A stretch of 64,000 nucleotides of DNA from an uncultured Clostridium sp. (GTDB lineage: Bacteria > Bacillota_I > Bacilli_A > RF39 > UBA660): positions 5,235-69,234 of the forward strand of contig CAZYRI010000001.1 of assembly GCA_964649575.1 (NCBI GenBank). Direction: 5' to 3'. The notes under the pieces were generated by a model that was not told the DNA's origin, made no database searches, and worked only from the letters and a program-made list of their open reading frames with translations. Every line of letters begins with the position of its first letter. Position 1 is the stretch's first letter. The position numbers and the translations under genes are program-made. Of this stretch, positions 43,129 to 53,062 are shown piece after piece.

Positions 43129-43561
43129 TTTCTCCCTTCAAATTATTTTGTATTTGTTTAGTTACTTTAAAGAATATTCTTAAATCACTGTCTTTAATAT
43201 TATTTTTTAATATTTTATTAAATTTAGCTATATTTTCTTGCATTTCTTTATTTATTTTTATTCCATTATGTGTCAATTGTATCTCTTTACTTCTTGCATC
43301 TTCTTCTGATGATATGGTTGTTAAAATATTGTTTTTAATCATAGTTTGGATTATTCCAGATATTGTTGATTTTCTAAATGGTAAATCTTTTTCTAAATCT
43401 TTTTGATATATTTTTTTATCTTTATTTTTATATAGATATCTAGTTATCATCATTTGAGCTGGTGTTAACATATTTTCACTATTTTTACTATAAGATACTA
43501 TTTTTCTTACTATAAGATTATCTATTTTCTTTATTTCAGATCCGATGCTTTGCTCTTCCAT
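43109..43561 (-). CDS. MarR-family transcriptional regulator
   Basis: winged-helix MarR pattern; first gene of marR-ABC-ABC operon. Confidence 0.8.
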   Translation of the reverse strand: MEEQSIGSEIKKIDNLIVRKIVSYSKNSENMLTPAQMMITRYLYKNKDKKIYQKDLEKDLPFRKSTISGIIQTMIKNNILTTISSEEDARSKEIQLTHNGIKINKEMQENIAKFNKILKNNIKDSDLRIFFKVTKQIQNNLKGENDDKII

Positions 43562-43599
43562 AATGTTTTCTCCTTTTAGTTCGGTAACTAACTATTATG

Positions 43600-43627
43600 A
43601 TTATACTCTACTTATTTAAGTTGTCAA
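43600..43627 (-). promoter_or_regulatory. consensus promoter of marR-ABC operon
   Basis: minus strand TTGACA(43622-43627)-16-TATAAT(43600-43605). Confidence 0.6.
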
Positions 43628-43654
43628 TTATATATCTATTTTTTCACAAATATT

Positions 43655-43682
43655 TTACAAAAAAGAAAGAGGCATATAGCCT
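43655..43682 (-). terminator. terminator after bacteriocin peptide genes
   Basis: minus RNA AGAGGCUAUAUGCCUCU + UUCUUUUUU. Confidence 0.65.
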
Positions 43683-43683
43683 C

Positions 43684-43845
43684 TTAATACGAACATTTCC
43701 TTCCATCTTTTTTTCTTCTTATTGCTGAACCTAGCCCTCTTCCAAGTTCTAATGCTAAATTTACAGCTTTTACAATAGCATTAATAATGGTACCGACTGA
43801 TGTAGCTCCACCTTTTATTTCTTTTAATTCTTCTTCTTTTATCAT
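43684..43845 (-). CDS. double-glycine leader bacteriocin precursor peptide B (53 aa)
   Basis: MIKEEELKEIKGG | ATSVGTIINAIVKAVNLALELGRGLGSAIRRKKDGRKCSY; ATG overlaps upstream TGA (ATGA); absent from ORF track. Confidence 0.75.
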   Translation of the reverse strand: MIKEEELKEIKGGATSVGTIINAIVKAVNLALELGRGLGSAIRRKKDGRKCSY

Positions 43846-43979
43846 TTTCTACATTTTAAAGGTCTTAGATATCCATCTACGAGTCCAATAAGAAAAGAAA
43901 TGATAGTCCCACCTATACCAATAACACCCCAATTAACTGCACCTCCTTTAATTGTTGATAATTCTCTTTCTTCGATCAT
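43842..43979 (-). CDS. double-glycine leader bacteriocin precursor peptide A (45 aa)
   Basis: AGGAG RBS; MIEERELSTIKGG | AVNWGVIGIGGTIISFLIGLVDGYLRPLKCRK (GxxxG-rich amphipathic mature peptide); absent from ORF track. Confidence 0.8.
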   Translation of the reverse strand: MIEERELSTIKGGAVNWGVIGIGGTIISFLIGLVDGYLRPLKCRK

Positions 43980-43983
43980 AACC

Positions 43984-46032
43984 TTAACTCCTTTCTAATT
44001 TGTATTTGTCTTTGAACAATTCTATAATTTCTTTTTTATGTGAAATGTATATTATTGTTTTATCATTGAAATAATTAAATATTTTATTAATTATTTCTAT
44101 TTCTTCTTCAAAAGATATTTCACTAAGTGCTTCATCTAAAATAATATAGTTACTATTTTTAAGTAAACTTCTTGCTAAAATAATTTTTTGCTTTTCTCCA
44201 CCTGATATATTAAATCCGTTATCTTCAATTATATATTTATCTCTTAATACACTTCTATTTCTTAAAGTATTTAAATTACATAAATTTATTATATTTTCAT
44301 ACTCACTTTCACTTATATCTCTATCATATATAATATTATTTTTAATACTATCATTATTTATATAACTATTTTGTGATACATATGTAAAACTATTTTGAAT
44401 AATATTACTATTTATATCTTTTATATTTTTATCATTTATATATATTTCACCTTTATAATTTTTTAAATATTTTAATAATATTTTCATGATAGTACTTTTG
44501 CCATAACCACTATTACCATAAATTAAAAATCTACTTTTTGATTTTATATCAAATGAAACATTATTAAATATATAATCAATGTCATTATGTGAATATGATA
44601 AATTTTTAATGCTTATATTACCTTCTATTAATTCTTCTGTCTCTGTTTCTTTTTCATTATTTATCAATATCATATCATTTATTCTTCTATATATATTTTT
44701 TATATAATCAATTGTATCACTTAAATCTAATAAATCTTTAATTGGTGTAACGAAATATAAAATGATTTGATTAAATAAAAAGAAGTTTCCTAATGATAGG
44801 TTTTTATTATTTATTAAGATAGTGCTTAAAAATATAAATAATATATAAGATAAGTCTGATATATGATCTTTAATGATATTTTCTTTATTTATTGAGTTAT
44901 AATATGATAATTTTGTTTTTGTGTATATTTTATATTTTGTTTGACTTTTTATTATTTGAGGTTCTATAATGTTTAAATTTTTATTTATTTCATAACTGTT
45001 AATGTTGTCACTTAATGTTTTATTATATTTTTCTTCATTAATCATTAAGTTTTCATTTTTATTTTTTAATTTTGTTTTATTTAATAATATAATTATAAAA
45101 TATATTATTAATTCTATTAAATATATTAGAAACAATTTATAGTTAATTATAAGTAGTAATATCATACTAAAAAGTATTAGAAGTATATTTGATAATATAG
45201 TAACAATAACATTAATAAAAAGGTCTAAAAAGGTTTTTAAATCATTCATTCTAGATGTTATTTCACTAGATGATTTATTCTTGAAGAATTGATAAGGGAG
45301 ATAAAATAATTTTCTAATAACATCATTGTTTATATCATTTGATAGTTTATCATTTAATTTAATAATAATTTTATTATTATTAAATGAAAGTATCATTTTA
45401 ATTATTAATGTTATAAATAATATAATTGTAATTAAAATTAATGTTTTAATATTATAATTTGGAAGTATATAATCTATTACTATAAATGAATAATAATTGA
45501 GTATAATTCCTAATAATATAATAAAAATATTAATTACTAATAATTTTAAGAGTGAAAGTTTATTCAACATTAAATATGTTATAAAGATAGATTTATTTTT
45601 TTTATAATTATTATTTACTTGTTTTACTGGATAAATAACAATTGTTGTATTTAAATACATTTCTTTAAATAATTCTTTGCTTATTTTAGTTCTATTACTA
45701 GATGGATCCATTATCGTTATTGTATTTTTGTTAATTTTATATATAACTATAAAATGTAACATATTGTTTTTATTTATATGACATATTATAGGTAAATTTA
45801 CTTTATTACTTATTATATCTTCATAACTATAATGATAACCGTAGCCATCAAATCCATAAAGTCTTGAACCATTAATGATATTTAATGCAGTTGTACCTTC
45901 TTTGGTTGTTTTCAAATTTAAAGTAACTTCTTCATGTGAGGCCTCGCACCCATAATATTTCATAATGGATAATAAACATGAAGGACCGCAATCTTTATAA
46001 CCATTTTGTCTTACAATATATTTTTTATTCAT
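43984..46032 (-). CDS. bacteriocin-processing ABC transporter with N-terminal C39 peptidase domain (LagD/ComA/SunT-type)
   Basis: C39 catalytic QNGYKDCGPSCL and downstream His; 6-TM domain; GNSGYGKST, ISGGEKQKIILAR, ILDEALS. Confidence 0.9.
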   Translation of the reverse strand: MNKKYIVRQNGYKDCGPSCLLSIMKYYGCEASHEEVTLNLKTTKEGTTALNIINGSRLYGFDGYGYHYSYEDIISNKVNLPIICHINKNNMLHFIVIYKINKNTITIMDPSSNRTKISKELFKEMYLNTTIVIYPVKQVNNNYKKNKSIFITYLMLNKLSLLKLLVINIFIILLGIILNYYSFIVIDYILPNYNIKTLILITIILFITLIIKMILSFNNNKIIIKLNDKLSNDINNDVIRKLFYLPYQFFKNKSSSEITSRMNDLKTFLDLFINVIVTILSNILLILFSMILLLIINYKLFLIYLIELIIYFIIILLNKTKLKNKNENLMINEEKYNKTLSDNINSYEINKNLNIIEPQIIKSQTKYKIYTKTKLSYYNSINKENIIKDHISDLSYILFIFLSTILINNKNLSLGNFFLFNQIILYFVTPIKDLLDLSDTIDYIKNIYRRINDMILINNEKETETEELIEGNISIKNLSYSHNDIDYIFNNVSFDIKSKSRFLIYGNSGYGKSTIMKILLKYLKNYKGEIYINDKNIKDINSNIIQNSFTYVSQNSYINNDSIKNNIIYDRDISESEYENIINLCNLNTLRNRSVLRDKYIIEDNGFNISGGEKQKIILARSLLKNSNYIILDEALSEISFEEEIEIINKIFNYFNDKTIIYISHKKEIIELFKDKYKLERS

Positions 46033-46121
46033 CTTATCCCCCTACTATTATTATTCGAAATAAAATTGCAAAACACTTCTTTTTTTTAAAAAATTTTTAA
46101 AAAAATTAAAAAAATTAAAAA

Positions 46122-46143
46122 AGTATTGAATTTCATCAATACT
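46122..46143 (-). terminator. hairpin terminator of rpe / possible operator in front of the C39 transporter
   Basis: perfect 8-bp inverted repeat AGTATTGA-n6-TCAATACT followed on minus strand by T/A-runs. Confidence 0.55.
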
Positions 46144-46164
46144 CTGAGACATTATTTCTTATAT

Positions 46165-46800
46165 CTAAATATTTTTTAATACATCTATATTATTTTTTAT
46201 ATCTCTATGTATATAAGAAGCTGAGACTAAAATATCTACACCTACTTCTTTACATAATTTTCCTGTTTCATCATTAATACCTCCATCTACTGATATTAAT
46301 GTTTTTAGATTTCTTTCTTGTATTTCTTGCCTTAGCTTTTTTATCTTATCAAGTGATTCTTCTATAAAAGTTTGTCCACTTTTTCCAGGATAAACACTCA
46401 TTACAAGAACTAAATCTAATTTATTAAGATATTGATATATTTTTTCAACATCAGTGTCTGGATTTATTGCAATACCAACTTTAAGTCCATAGTTTTTAAT
46501 TTCATCAATCATACTATTAACATCTTTAACTGCTTCGTAATGAAATATAATATCATTTGTATTAAGCATTGCATAATCTTCTATATATTTAGAGGGATTA
46601 TTTACCATTAAATGAACATCTAGTGGTAATGTTGAATTTTTAGTTATTTTAGTTATTTCACTTATTGTCCAGGTTTTATTATCTACAAATTTACCATCCA
46701 TTATATCTATATGTATATTGTCTGCTTTAGTTTTATCTAATTCTTTTACTATGTCTTGTGGCTTTATTGCACTAGATAATATTGATACATTTATTTTCAT
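46165..46800 (-). CDS. rpe: ribulose-phosphate 3-epimerase
   Basis: TIM-barrel Rpe, 211 aa, conserved rsgA-rpe context. Confidence 0.9.
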   Translation of the reverse strand: MKINVSILSSAIKPQDIVKELDKTKADNIHIDIMDGKFVDNKTWTISEITKITKNSTLPLDVHLMVNNPSKYIEDYAMLNTNDIIFHYEAVKDVNSMIDEIKNYGLKVGIAINPDTDVEKIYQYLNKLDLVLVMSVYPGKSGQTFIEESLDKIKKLRQEIQERNLKTLISVDGGINDETGKLCKEVGVDILVSASYIHRDIKNNIDVLKNI

Positions 46801-47627
46801 TCTTTAACTTCCTCCATAAATTTTAAATAGTTTTCATATCTCCATTGAGGTATTTTACCTTTATTTACTGCTTCTATTATTGAACATCCTTCTTCTTTTA
46901 TATGAAGACAACTTCTATATTTACAAGGTTTATTAAAGTCATAATAATATTTTTTTATTTCTTTTTTAGGAATATTTAACTCTAATGAACTAAAACCTGG
47001 TGTATCTGCGATTAATCCATCATTTACTTCTAATAATTCAACAAGTCTTGTAGTATGTTTTCCTCTTCCAAGTGACTCTGATACTTCACCTGTTTTTAAT
47101 GAAAGAGATGCATCTATTTTATTTAGTAGTGTACTTTTACCAGTACCTGTTTGTCCACAAAGTGCGACTACTGATGATGCAAATTCTTTCTTTATTTTTG
47201 ATATACTTGTATTTATATATACTTTTATTCCTAATTTTCTATAATAATTTATATATTTTTTAATATCACTTTTTTCTTTCATAGTTATCATATCTGTTTT
47301 TGTAATAACTATTATTGGTTCTATTTGATTTTTATATGCGATAAGTAAAAATTTATCAATTAAATAGCTAGAAAAAGCTGGGATAGAAGTACTCATTACT
47401 ATTAAAAGTTTATCTATATTAGCAATAAGTGGTCTTTCTAAATAATTCATTCTTGTCTCAACTTTTTCTATTGTTTTTGTATTAATATCTACTATAACAT
47501 TATCTCCAACTACTGGATTTACTTTCATATTTCTAAGTTTTCCTCTTGTTCTTGTATCAATTATAGTATTATTTTCTAATAGTACTCTATGTATAAATTT
47601 ATTAATACATATTATTTTACCTTTCAT
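46797..47627 (-). CDS. rsgA: ribosome small-subunit GTPase A
   Basis: GQTGTGKSTLLN P-loop, C-terminal Cys zinc knuckle; start moved to ATG 47627 (AGGGGAG RBS) instead of track start 47675, which runs 47 nt into the prkC (pknB) reading frame. Confidence 0.85.
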   Translation of the reverse strand: MKGKIICINKFIHRVLLENNTIIDTRTRGKLRNMKVNPVVGDNVIVDINTKTIEKVETRMNYLERPLIANIDKLLIVMSTSIPAFSSYLIDKFLLIAYKNQIEPIIVITKTDMITMKEKSDIKKYINYYRKLGIKVYINTSISKIKKEFASSVVALCGQTGTGKSTLLNKIDASLSLKTGEVSESLGRGKHTTRLVELLEVNDGLIADTPGFSSLELNIPKKEIKKYYYDFNKPCKYRSCLHIKEEGCSIIEAVNKGKIPQWRYENYLKFMEEVKE

Positions 47628-47628
47628 A

Positions 47629-49383
47629 TTACTCCCCTGTGTCATCATCTGTTGGTTCAGTAGTTGGTTCTTCAATTTCCGGAGCTCTTGCTACTGTAAT
47701 TACAAGTGTAGCCCCTGGTGTAACAAGTGAAGAAACTGCTCTACTTTGTTTTAATATTGTTCCTTCTTTAACTGATGTTGTTTCTTGATATTTAATTTCA
47801 AGTTTTAATTCATGTTTTTCTGCGAACTCTTCTATTTTATCAAGAGTATAACCACTTGTAAAGTTTGGATATTTATATTCTATTTTTGGTATATAAATTT
47901 TGATAGGACTTCCAAGTTTACTTTTTTCACCAGCAACAGGTTCTGTTTTTAAAACTTCATCTTCTTTTGCTTTTTTACTTTCATCAACTGCTTCTGTTAC
48001 TATTTCAACATTACATTCACATTGTGCTTCTATTTTTCCTTGAGCAACTAAATAATTTTGACCTATAAAGTCTTCCATTATATATGCTGCTTCACCACTT
48101 GAAATATATAGAATTACATCTTTTGGTAATTTATTATTACTACCAATTTCAGGACTTGTTTTAACAACATCTCCTTCTTTTACTACATCACTTGCAATAT
48201 ATTTATATTCACTTGCCACTCCAAATCCAGCATCATTTAACATTTTAGTTGCAACTTGTATTGTTCTATTAGCTACATCTGGTATAATTGCTTCTTTATT
48301 ATCATCATTAAGTAAAATTACAAGACCTACTGTTAATAATAATACAAGACCTGTAAATATACTTAATATTATTATTAAAGTTTTATTTTGTTTTTTATTT
48401 TCCTCTACAAATTCTAGTTCTTTTTCTTTCTTTTCTTTAGGCTTTTTATTTTCTGATGTTATTGTTTCTAGTTCTTTATCAAGAGCCTTTGTTTCTTCTA
48501 AGTCATTTTCTGGATATGGATAAACATATCTTTTTTCATCAGTTCTACTAGCATCTAGTGCTGTTTTTAAATCATCATGCATTTCTCTTGCATCTTTATA
48601 TCTATTTTTAGGATTTTTAGCTGTTGCTTTTATTATTACATTTTCTATTGATTGTGGAATTGAAGAATCAAATTTTCTTACACTAGGAAGTGGTTCTCTT
48701 AAATGTTTAAGAGCTATTTCTACTGCATTATCTCCCTTATATGGAAGAAGCCCAGTTAATAATTCATACATCATTATTCCCATTGAATAAATATCACTTC
48801 TGATTGTAGAACCTTTACCATTTGCCTGTTCTGGTGGTATATAGTGAACTGTTCCCATAACTGAATTAGTTTGTGTTAATTGAGTAGAATTTAATGCAAT
48901 TGCAACTCCAAAATCAGTTATTTTAATCATACCATTTGATAAAATCATTATATTTTGAGGTTTTATGTCTCTATGTATAATATAAGCATCATGGGCATGA
49001 GCCATGCCATCTGTAACTTGTAACATAATATCAATTACTTCTGTTACTGATAGGTGTCCTCTTTGCTTTAACACTTGTTTTAATGTTTTACCATCTACAT
49101 ATTCCATCACTATATAATATTGACCATCATCTTCTCCAACATCATATATTTCTACTATATTTGGATGTGAAAGACTTGTAGCTGATAATGCTTCTCTTTG
49201 AAATCTTCTTACAAATTTTTCATCATTAGCTAAGTCTCCCCTTAGTACTTTAACTGCAACATTTCTATCTAAATAAGTATCGTGTGCTAAATATACATTA
49301 GCCATTCCACCTTCTCCAAGTGTTTTAATTATTTGATATCTGTCATTTATTTTAGTACCTTTTACTATCACACTATTCACCAC
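47629..49383 (-). CDS. prkC: Ser/Thr protein kinase with PASTA repeats
   Basis: Hanks kinase motifs (HRDIKPQN, DFG), TM, C-terminal PASTA domains. Confidence 0.9.
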   Translation of the reverse strand: MVNSVIVKGTKINDRYQIIKTLGEGGMANVYLAHDTYLDRNVAVKVLRGDLANDEKFVRRFQREALSATSLSHPNIVEIYDVGEDDGQYYIVMEYVDGKTLKQVLKQRGHLSVTEVIDIMLQVTDGMAHAHDAYIIHRDIKPQNIMILSNGMIKITDFGVAIALNSTQLTQTNSVMGTVHYIPPEQANGKGSTIRSDIYSMGIMMYELLTGLLPYKGDNAVEIALKHLREPLPSVRKFDSSIPQSIENVIIKATAKNPKNRYKDAREMHDDLKTALDASRTDEKRYVYPYPENDLEETKALDKELETITSENKKPKEKKEKELEFVEENKKQNKTLIIILSIFTGLVLLLTVGLVILLNDDNKEAIIPDVANRTIQVATKMLNDAGFGVASEYKYIASDVVKEGDVVKTSPEIGSNNKLPKDVILYISSGEAAYIMEDFIGQNYLVAQGKIEAQCECNVEIVTEAVDESKKAKEDEVLKTEPVAGEKSKLGSPIKIYIPKIEYKYPNFTSGYTLDKIEEFAEKHELKLEIKYQETTSVKEGTILKQSRAVSSLVTPGATLVITVARAPEIEEPTTEPTDDDTGE

Positions 49384-50110
49384 TCATTCTCATATAAGCT
49401 ATTGTAATATTATCATTTCCCCCACGAGTATTTGCTTTCATTATTAGTTTATCTGCTTTTTCTTCTATTTCAAGTTCATTATCATTTAATACTTTTTCTA
49501 TTTGTTCTACTGTTAACATATTAGTAAGTCCATCACTACATAAGAATATTCCGTCTACTGTTCTTTCTACATCAAAAATATCCATATCTATAATTTCTGC
49601 TGCTCCTAAAGCTTTCATTAGAACATTTTTTTGTGGATGATTTTTTGCTTCTTCTTCTGTAAGTTCGCCATTTTCTAATAATATATTAACTAATGTATGA
49701 TCTTTTGTTACTTTATAAAGTTTACCTTTTTTCTCTACAAAACCACTTGAATCACCTACATTACCAAATAATAAGAAATCATCTGTTAATATTGAACATA
49801 CACAAGTAGTTCCAAGACCATTTGCATCAATATGTTCTTCTGCATATTTAAGTATTTTTACATTTATTTCATCTATTATCTCTTTTAACCATATAACAGC
49901 TTCTTCTTTTGTACCTATACTTGATAATTCACTAAATCTTTTGCCAAGTTCAGTAACAACAAGAGAACTAGCAATTTCGCCTGCTTTATGTCCTCCCATA
50001 CCATCTGCTACTACAAGTAAGTATTCACCTTTAAGATTTTTAACTATTGTAACAGAATCTTCATTATGGCTTCTTACTTTTCCTGGATCTGTTTGATAAC
50101 AAGTTTTCAT
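49373..50110 (-). CDS. stp: PP2C-family Ser/Thr phosphatase
   Basis: DGMGGH and PP2C metal-binding motifs. Confidence 0.9.
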   Translation of the reverse strand: MKTCYQTDPGKVRSHNEDSVTIVKNLKGEYLLVVADGMGGHKAGEIASSLVVTELGKRFSELSSIGTKEEAVIWLKEIIDEINVKILKYAEEHIDANGLGTTCVCSILTDDFLLFGNVGDSSGFVEKKGKLYKVTKDHTLVNILLENGELTEEEAKNHPQKNVLMKALGAAEIIDMDIFDVERTVDGIFLCSDGLTNMLTVEQIEKVLNDNELEIEEKADKLIMKANTRGGNDNITIAYMRMSGE

Positions 50111-51138
50111 TTTTCACCTTCTTCGTTTGCTCTAAGTTGTCCACAGGCAGCACTTAAGTTTCCGCCCATCTCTTTCCTTATTGTTACATTTATATTATTT
50201 GATTTAAGTATATCATAAAAGCTTTTAATTTTAAAGTCGTTACTTCTTTTCATTGTAAAATTAGATGTCTCATTATAAGGTATTAAATTAACATACATAA
50301 GTTTACCTTTTATAAGATTTGCAAGTTCGTGTGCGGATTGATCTGTATCATTTATACCAGCTAACATTATGTATTCTATTGTGACTCTTCTATTTGTTTT
50401 AGCTATATAATAATCAAGTGCTTTCATTACTTCTTCTATTTTATAAGCATGATTTATTTTCATGATTTTATCTCTTATTTCATTATTTGGAGCATGTAAA
50501 CTAATTGCTAAGTTTACACCTGTTTCAAGATCAGCAAATTCATATATTTTTGGTACTAGGCCACATGTTGAGACTGTAAGATGTCTTTGACCTATATTTA
50601 ACATTTTATTATTTGTAACTACTGATATAAATCTTTTAATATTTTCAAAATTATCAAATGGTTCACCTATTCCCATAACAACTATTGAATCTATTCTAAC
50701 ACCTTCGTATCTACTTACTGCTATGACTTGACCCACTAATTCTTCTAAACTCAAATCTCTTACTTTTTTAAGTCTTCCACTTTCACAAAAAGAGCAACCC
50801 ATATTGCATCCAACTTGACTCGACACACATAATGAATAACCATAATCATGATTCATAAGAACACATTCTATTTTATTATTGTCCTTAAGACCTAATAAAT
50901 ATTTATTAGCAAGTTTACTAGTTTCTACTTTTAATATAGATAAATCTTCAAAATATAAATTTTCATTACAAAATTCTATAAGTTTTTTACTTAAGTTTGT
51001 CATTTTACTAAAATCATATATTTTATGTTCATATATCCATTCTATTATTTGAGTTGCATTATATTTTTTAAATCCATTGTTAACTAAATATTCTTCAAGT
51101 TCTTTTAATGTATATGCATATATATTCAATTTAATCAC
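50107..51138 (-). CDS. rlmN: 23S rRNA/tRNA A2503 methyltransferase RlmN (radical SAM)
   Basis: CNMGCSFCESG radical SAM motif. Confidence 0.9.
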   Translation of the reverse strand: MIKLNIYAYTLKELEEYLVNNGFKKYNATQIIEWIYEHKIYDFSKMTNLSKKLIEFCNENLYFEDLSILKVETSKLANKYLLGLKDNNKIECVLMNHDYGYSLCVSSQVGCNMGCSFCESGRLKKVRDLSLEELVGQVIAVSRYEGVRIDSIVVMGIGEPFDNFENIKRFISVVTNNKMLNIGQRHLTVSTCGLVPKIYEFADLETGVNLAISLHAPNNEIRDKIMKINHAYKIEEVMKALDYYIAKTNRRVTIEYIMLAGINDTDQSAHELANLIKGKLMYVNLIPYNETSNFTMKRSNDFKIKSFYDILKSNNINVTIRKEMGGNLSAACGQLRANEEGEK

Positions 51139-51200
51139 CTTCTAAATTATATCATTATTATATTATTAATGTAAATTAAAAGCCATACTCTGTGTATAGC

Positions 51201-51677
51201 TTAGTTTGAATATCCTAGTTGTTTTATAAGTGTTGTAACATTTTCTTTATATTCTTCTTCTACATTGGCATATATAAGTGTGTTATCTATTTTATTTAGT
51301 AACATATATCTACCATTTGTAGAAATTTTATATTCTGAATTATTATTATTTTCTGTTACTTCTGCTTTATCTAAACTACTTTTAATATTTTCAAATCTTT
51401 CTTTGTTTCTGTCATACATTTTTTGAGCTGTTTCACTATCTTTTAATGTATAAAATTCTACTTGATATTGATTTTCTACCGCTGCGACTATTGCTTCTGT
51501 TATTCCAGAATTACTTTTAAAATTATTTGTTACATCTTTAGTAGTATATTCATCACTTTCAGCAACTAATTTGAATGAATCTCCACTTATTGGTTTCTTT
51601 TCTTCTTCTTTTTTACATGCTGTGAATGTAAATAACATAATTAATAATAATGGTAATATTAGAAATTTCTTATTCAT
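51201..51677 (-). CDS. lipoprotein, unknown function
   Basis: signal peptide + lipobox FTACKK. Confidence 0.5.
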   Translation of the reverse strand: MNKKFLILPLLLIMLFTFTACKKEEEKKPISGDSFKLVAESDEYTTKDVTNNFKSNSGITEAIVAAVENQYQVEFYTLKDSETAQKMYDRNKERFENIKSSLDKAEVTENNNNSEYKISTNGRYMLLNKIDNTLIYANVEEEYKENVTTLIKQLGYSN

Positions 51678-51736
51678 TTTTATCTCCTACCTTACATATT
51701 AATATTATCATATTTATATATATTTTTTCAATTAAT

Positions 51737-53047
51737 TTATATGTATTTCTTTTTCAATATTTTATTTTTTTCTTTAGATTTTGTTAGTATTTCTAAACAT
51801 TCATCATATTGTTTTATTACATGTCTCATTTTCATTGCGATTAAAGCTATTTTTTCTTGGTAACTTTTTAGTTCTTCTTTATATGAAATAGGTTTATCAT
51901 TTTTAACATGCTCTTTATTTGAAGTTTGATATATTGCATTTACTAACACTGATTGATGAATTTGGTTTTCAGGATCAAATACTGCGACTGATCCAGTCCA
52001 TCCTTCATAAGCAAAACTCTTATCTGAAAATTGTGTTGGTACATATGTTTTTCCATTACTATTTTTTAGAAAAACACCTAAATTTCCTTTTTCAGGGTGC
52101 TCACCATTTGGAAATGTTTGTTCTGATACTTTATCAATAATATTTTTTGTTAATATCATACTTTTATTATCATTTGCTAAAAATACTTCTCTTGCTAATA
52201 AATTTAAATCTTCTGCATTTGTAAATAAACCTGCATGGCCACATATTCCTCCTAATGCTCTAGCTTTTGGATCATGAACAATATTAATTCCACTACCATT
52301 GCCTGAAACATTATTAGTACTAGGGTTATAACAAGTATAATTCATATTAAGTGGATTTAATAAAAGTATTCTTAATACTTCTTCATATGTTAATTTAATT
52401 CCATATATTTCTGACATTCTTTTAGTAAGTGTATCAGCTATAACAATAGCTCCAAAATCATTATATGTATTTATTTCTCTTGTATTATCTATTAAATGAA
52501 TTGTTTTTAAGATTTCATATGCAGTTTCTGATGATTTTGCTAATGCTATATTTCCATTAGTCCAATATTTTCCATGTAGTCTCATTAGATCATTTAGTGT
52601 AAAGTCTTCTAAGTCTTGAAAGTCAGGATTTATATCTGATATTTTACTATCAAGTGATATTATTCCTAAATCATTTGATTTTAGTAGTGCAATTAAAGTA
52701 AATAATTTTGTTATAGATGCTACATCAAATATAGTGTTTTCATCTATTAATATATTATTATTTCTTCCAGTTGTTCCACCTATTAATTTAAATGAATAAT
52801 CATTTTCACCATTTAGTGATGGAATATATGTACAACTAGAAATACCTGAAATTAGGTTTATTCCAAATTGATTTTGTTTTTGAAGGAAATCCAATGTACA
52901 TTGTTCCATCTCTTTTTCTAATTTTTCTAATTCTGTGTCTAGAAAAGATATTTTTCTTTCTAAAGTTGTTATTGGTCTAAAATATTGATATTTTTCATCG
53001 TAGGTTTCTAGTGTTTTTTTTAATTTACCTTGTACTACTTTTTTCAT
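51737..53047 (-). CDS. serine hydrolase of beta-lactamase/transpeptidase superfamily with N-terminal coiled coil
   Basis: SxxK motif ASITK. Confidence 0.6.
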   Translation of the reverse strand: MKKVVQGKLKKTLETYDEKYQYFRPITTLERKISFLDTELEKLEKEMEQCTLDFLQKQNQFGINLISGISSCTYIPSLNGENDYSFKLIGGTTGRNNNILIDENTIFDVASITKLFTLIALLKSNDLGIISLDSKISDINPDFQDLEDFTLNDLMRLHGKYWTNGNIALAKSSETAYEILKTIHLIDNTREINTYNDFGAIVIADTLTKRMSEIYGIKLTYEEVLRILLLNPLNMNYTCYNPSTNNVSGNGSGINIVHDPKARALGGICGHAGLFTNAEDLNLLAREVFLANDNKSMILTKNIIDKVSEQTFPNGEHPEKGNLGVFLKNSNGKTYVPTQFSDKSFAYEGWTGSVAVFDPENQIHQSVLVNAIYQTSNKEHVKNDKPISYKEELKSYQEKIALIAMKMRHVIKQYDECLEILTKSKEKNKILKKKYI

Positions 53048-53062
53048 TTAAACCTTCTTATT

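Noticed and set aside
47629-47675. 47-nt overlap between the rsgA and prkC (pknB) reading frames
   Set aside because: Artefact of choosing the most upstream Met; an SD-supported ATG at 47627 removes the overlap.
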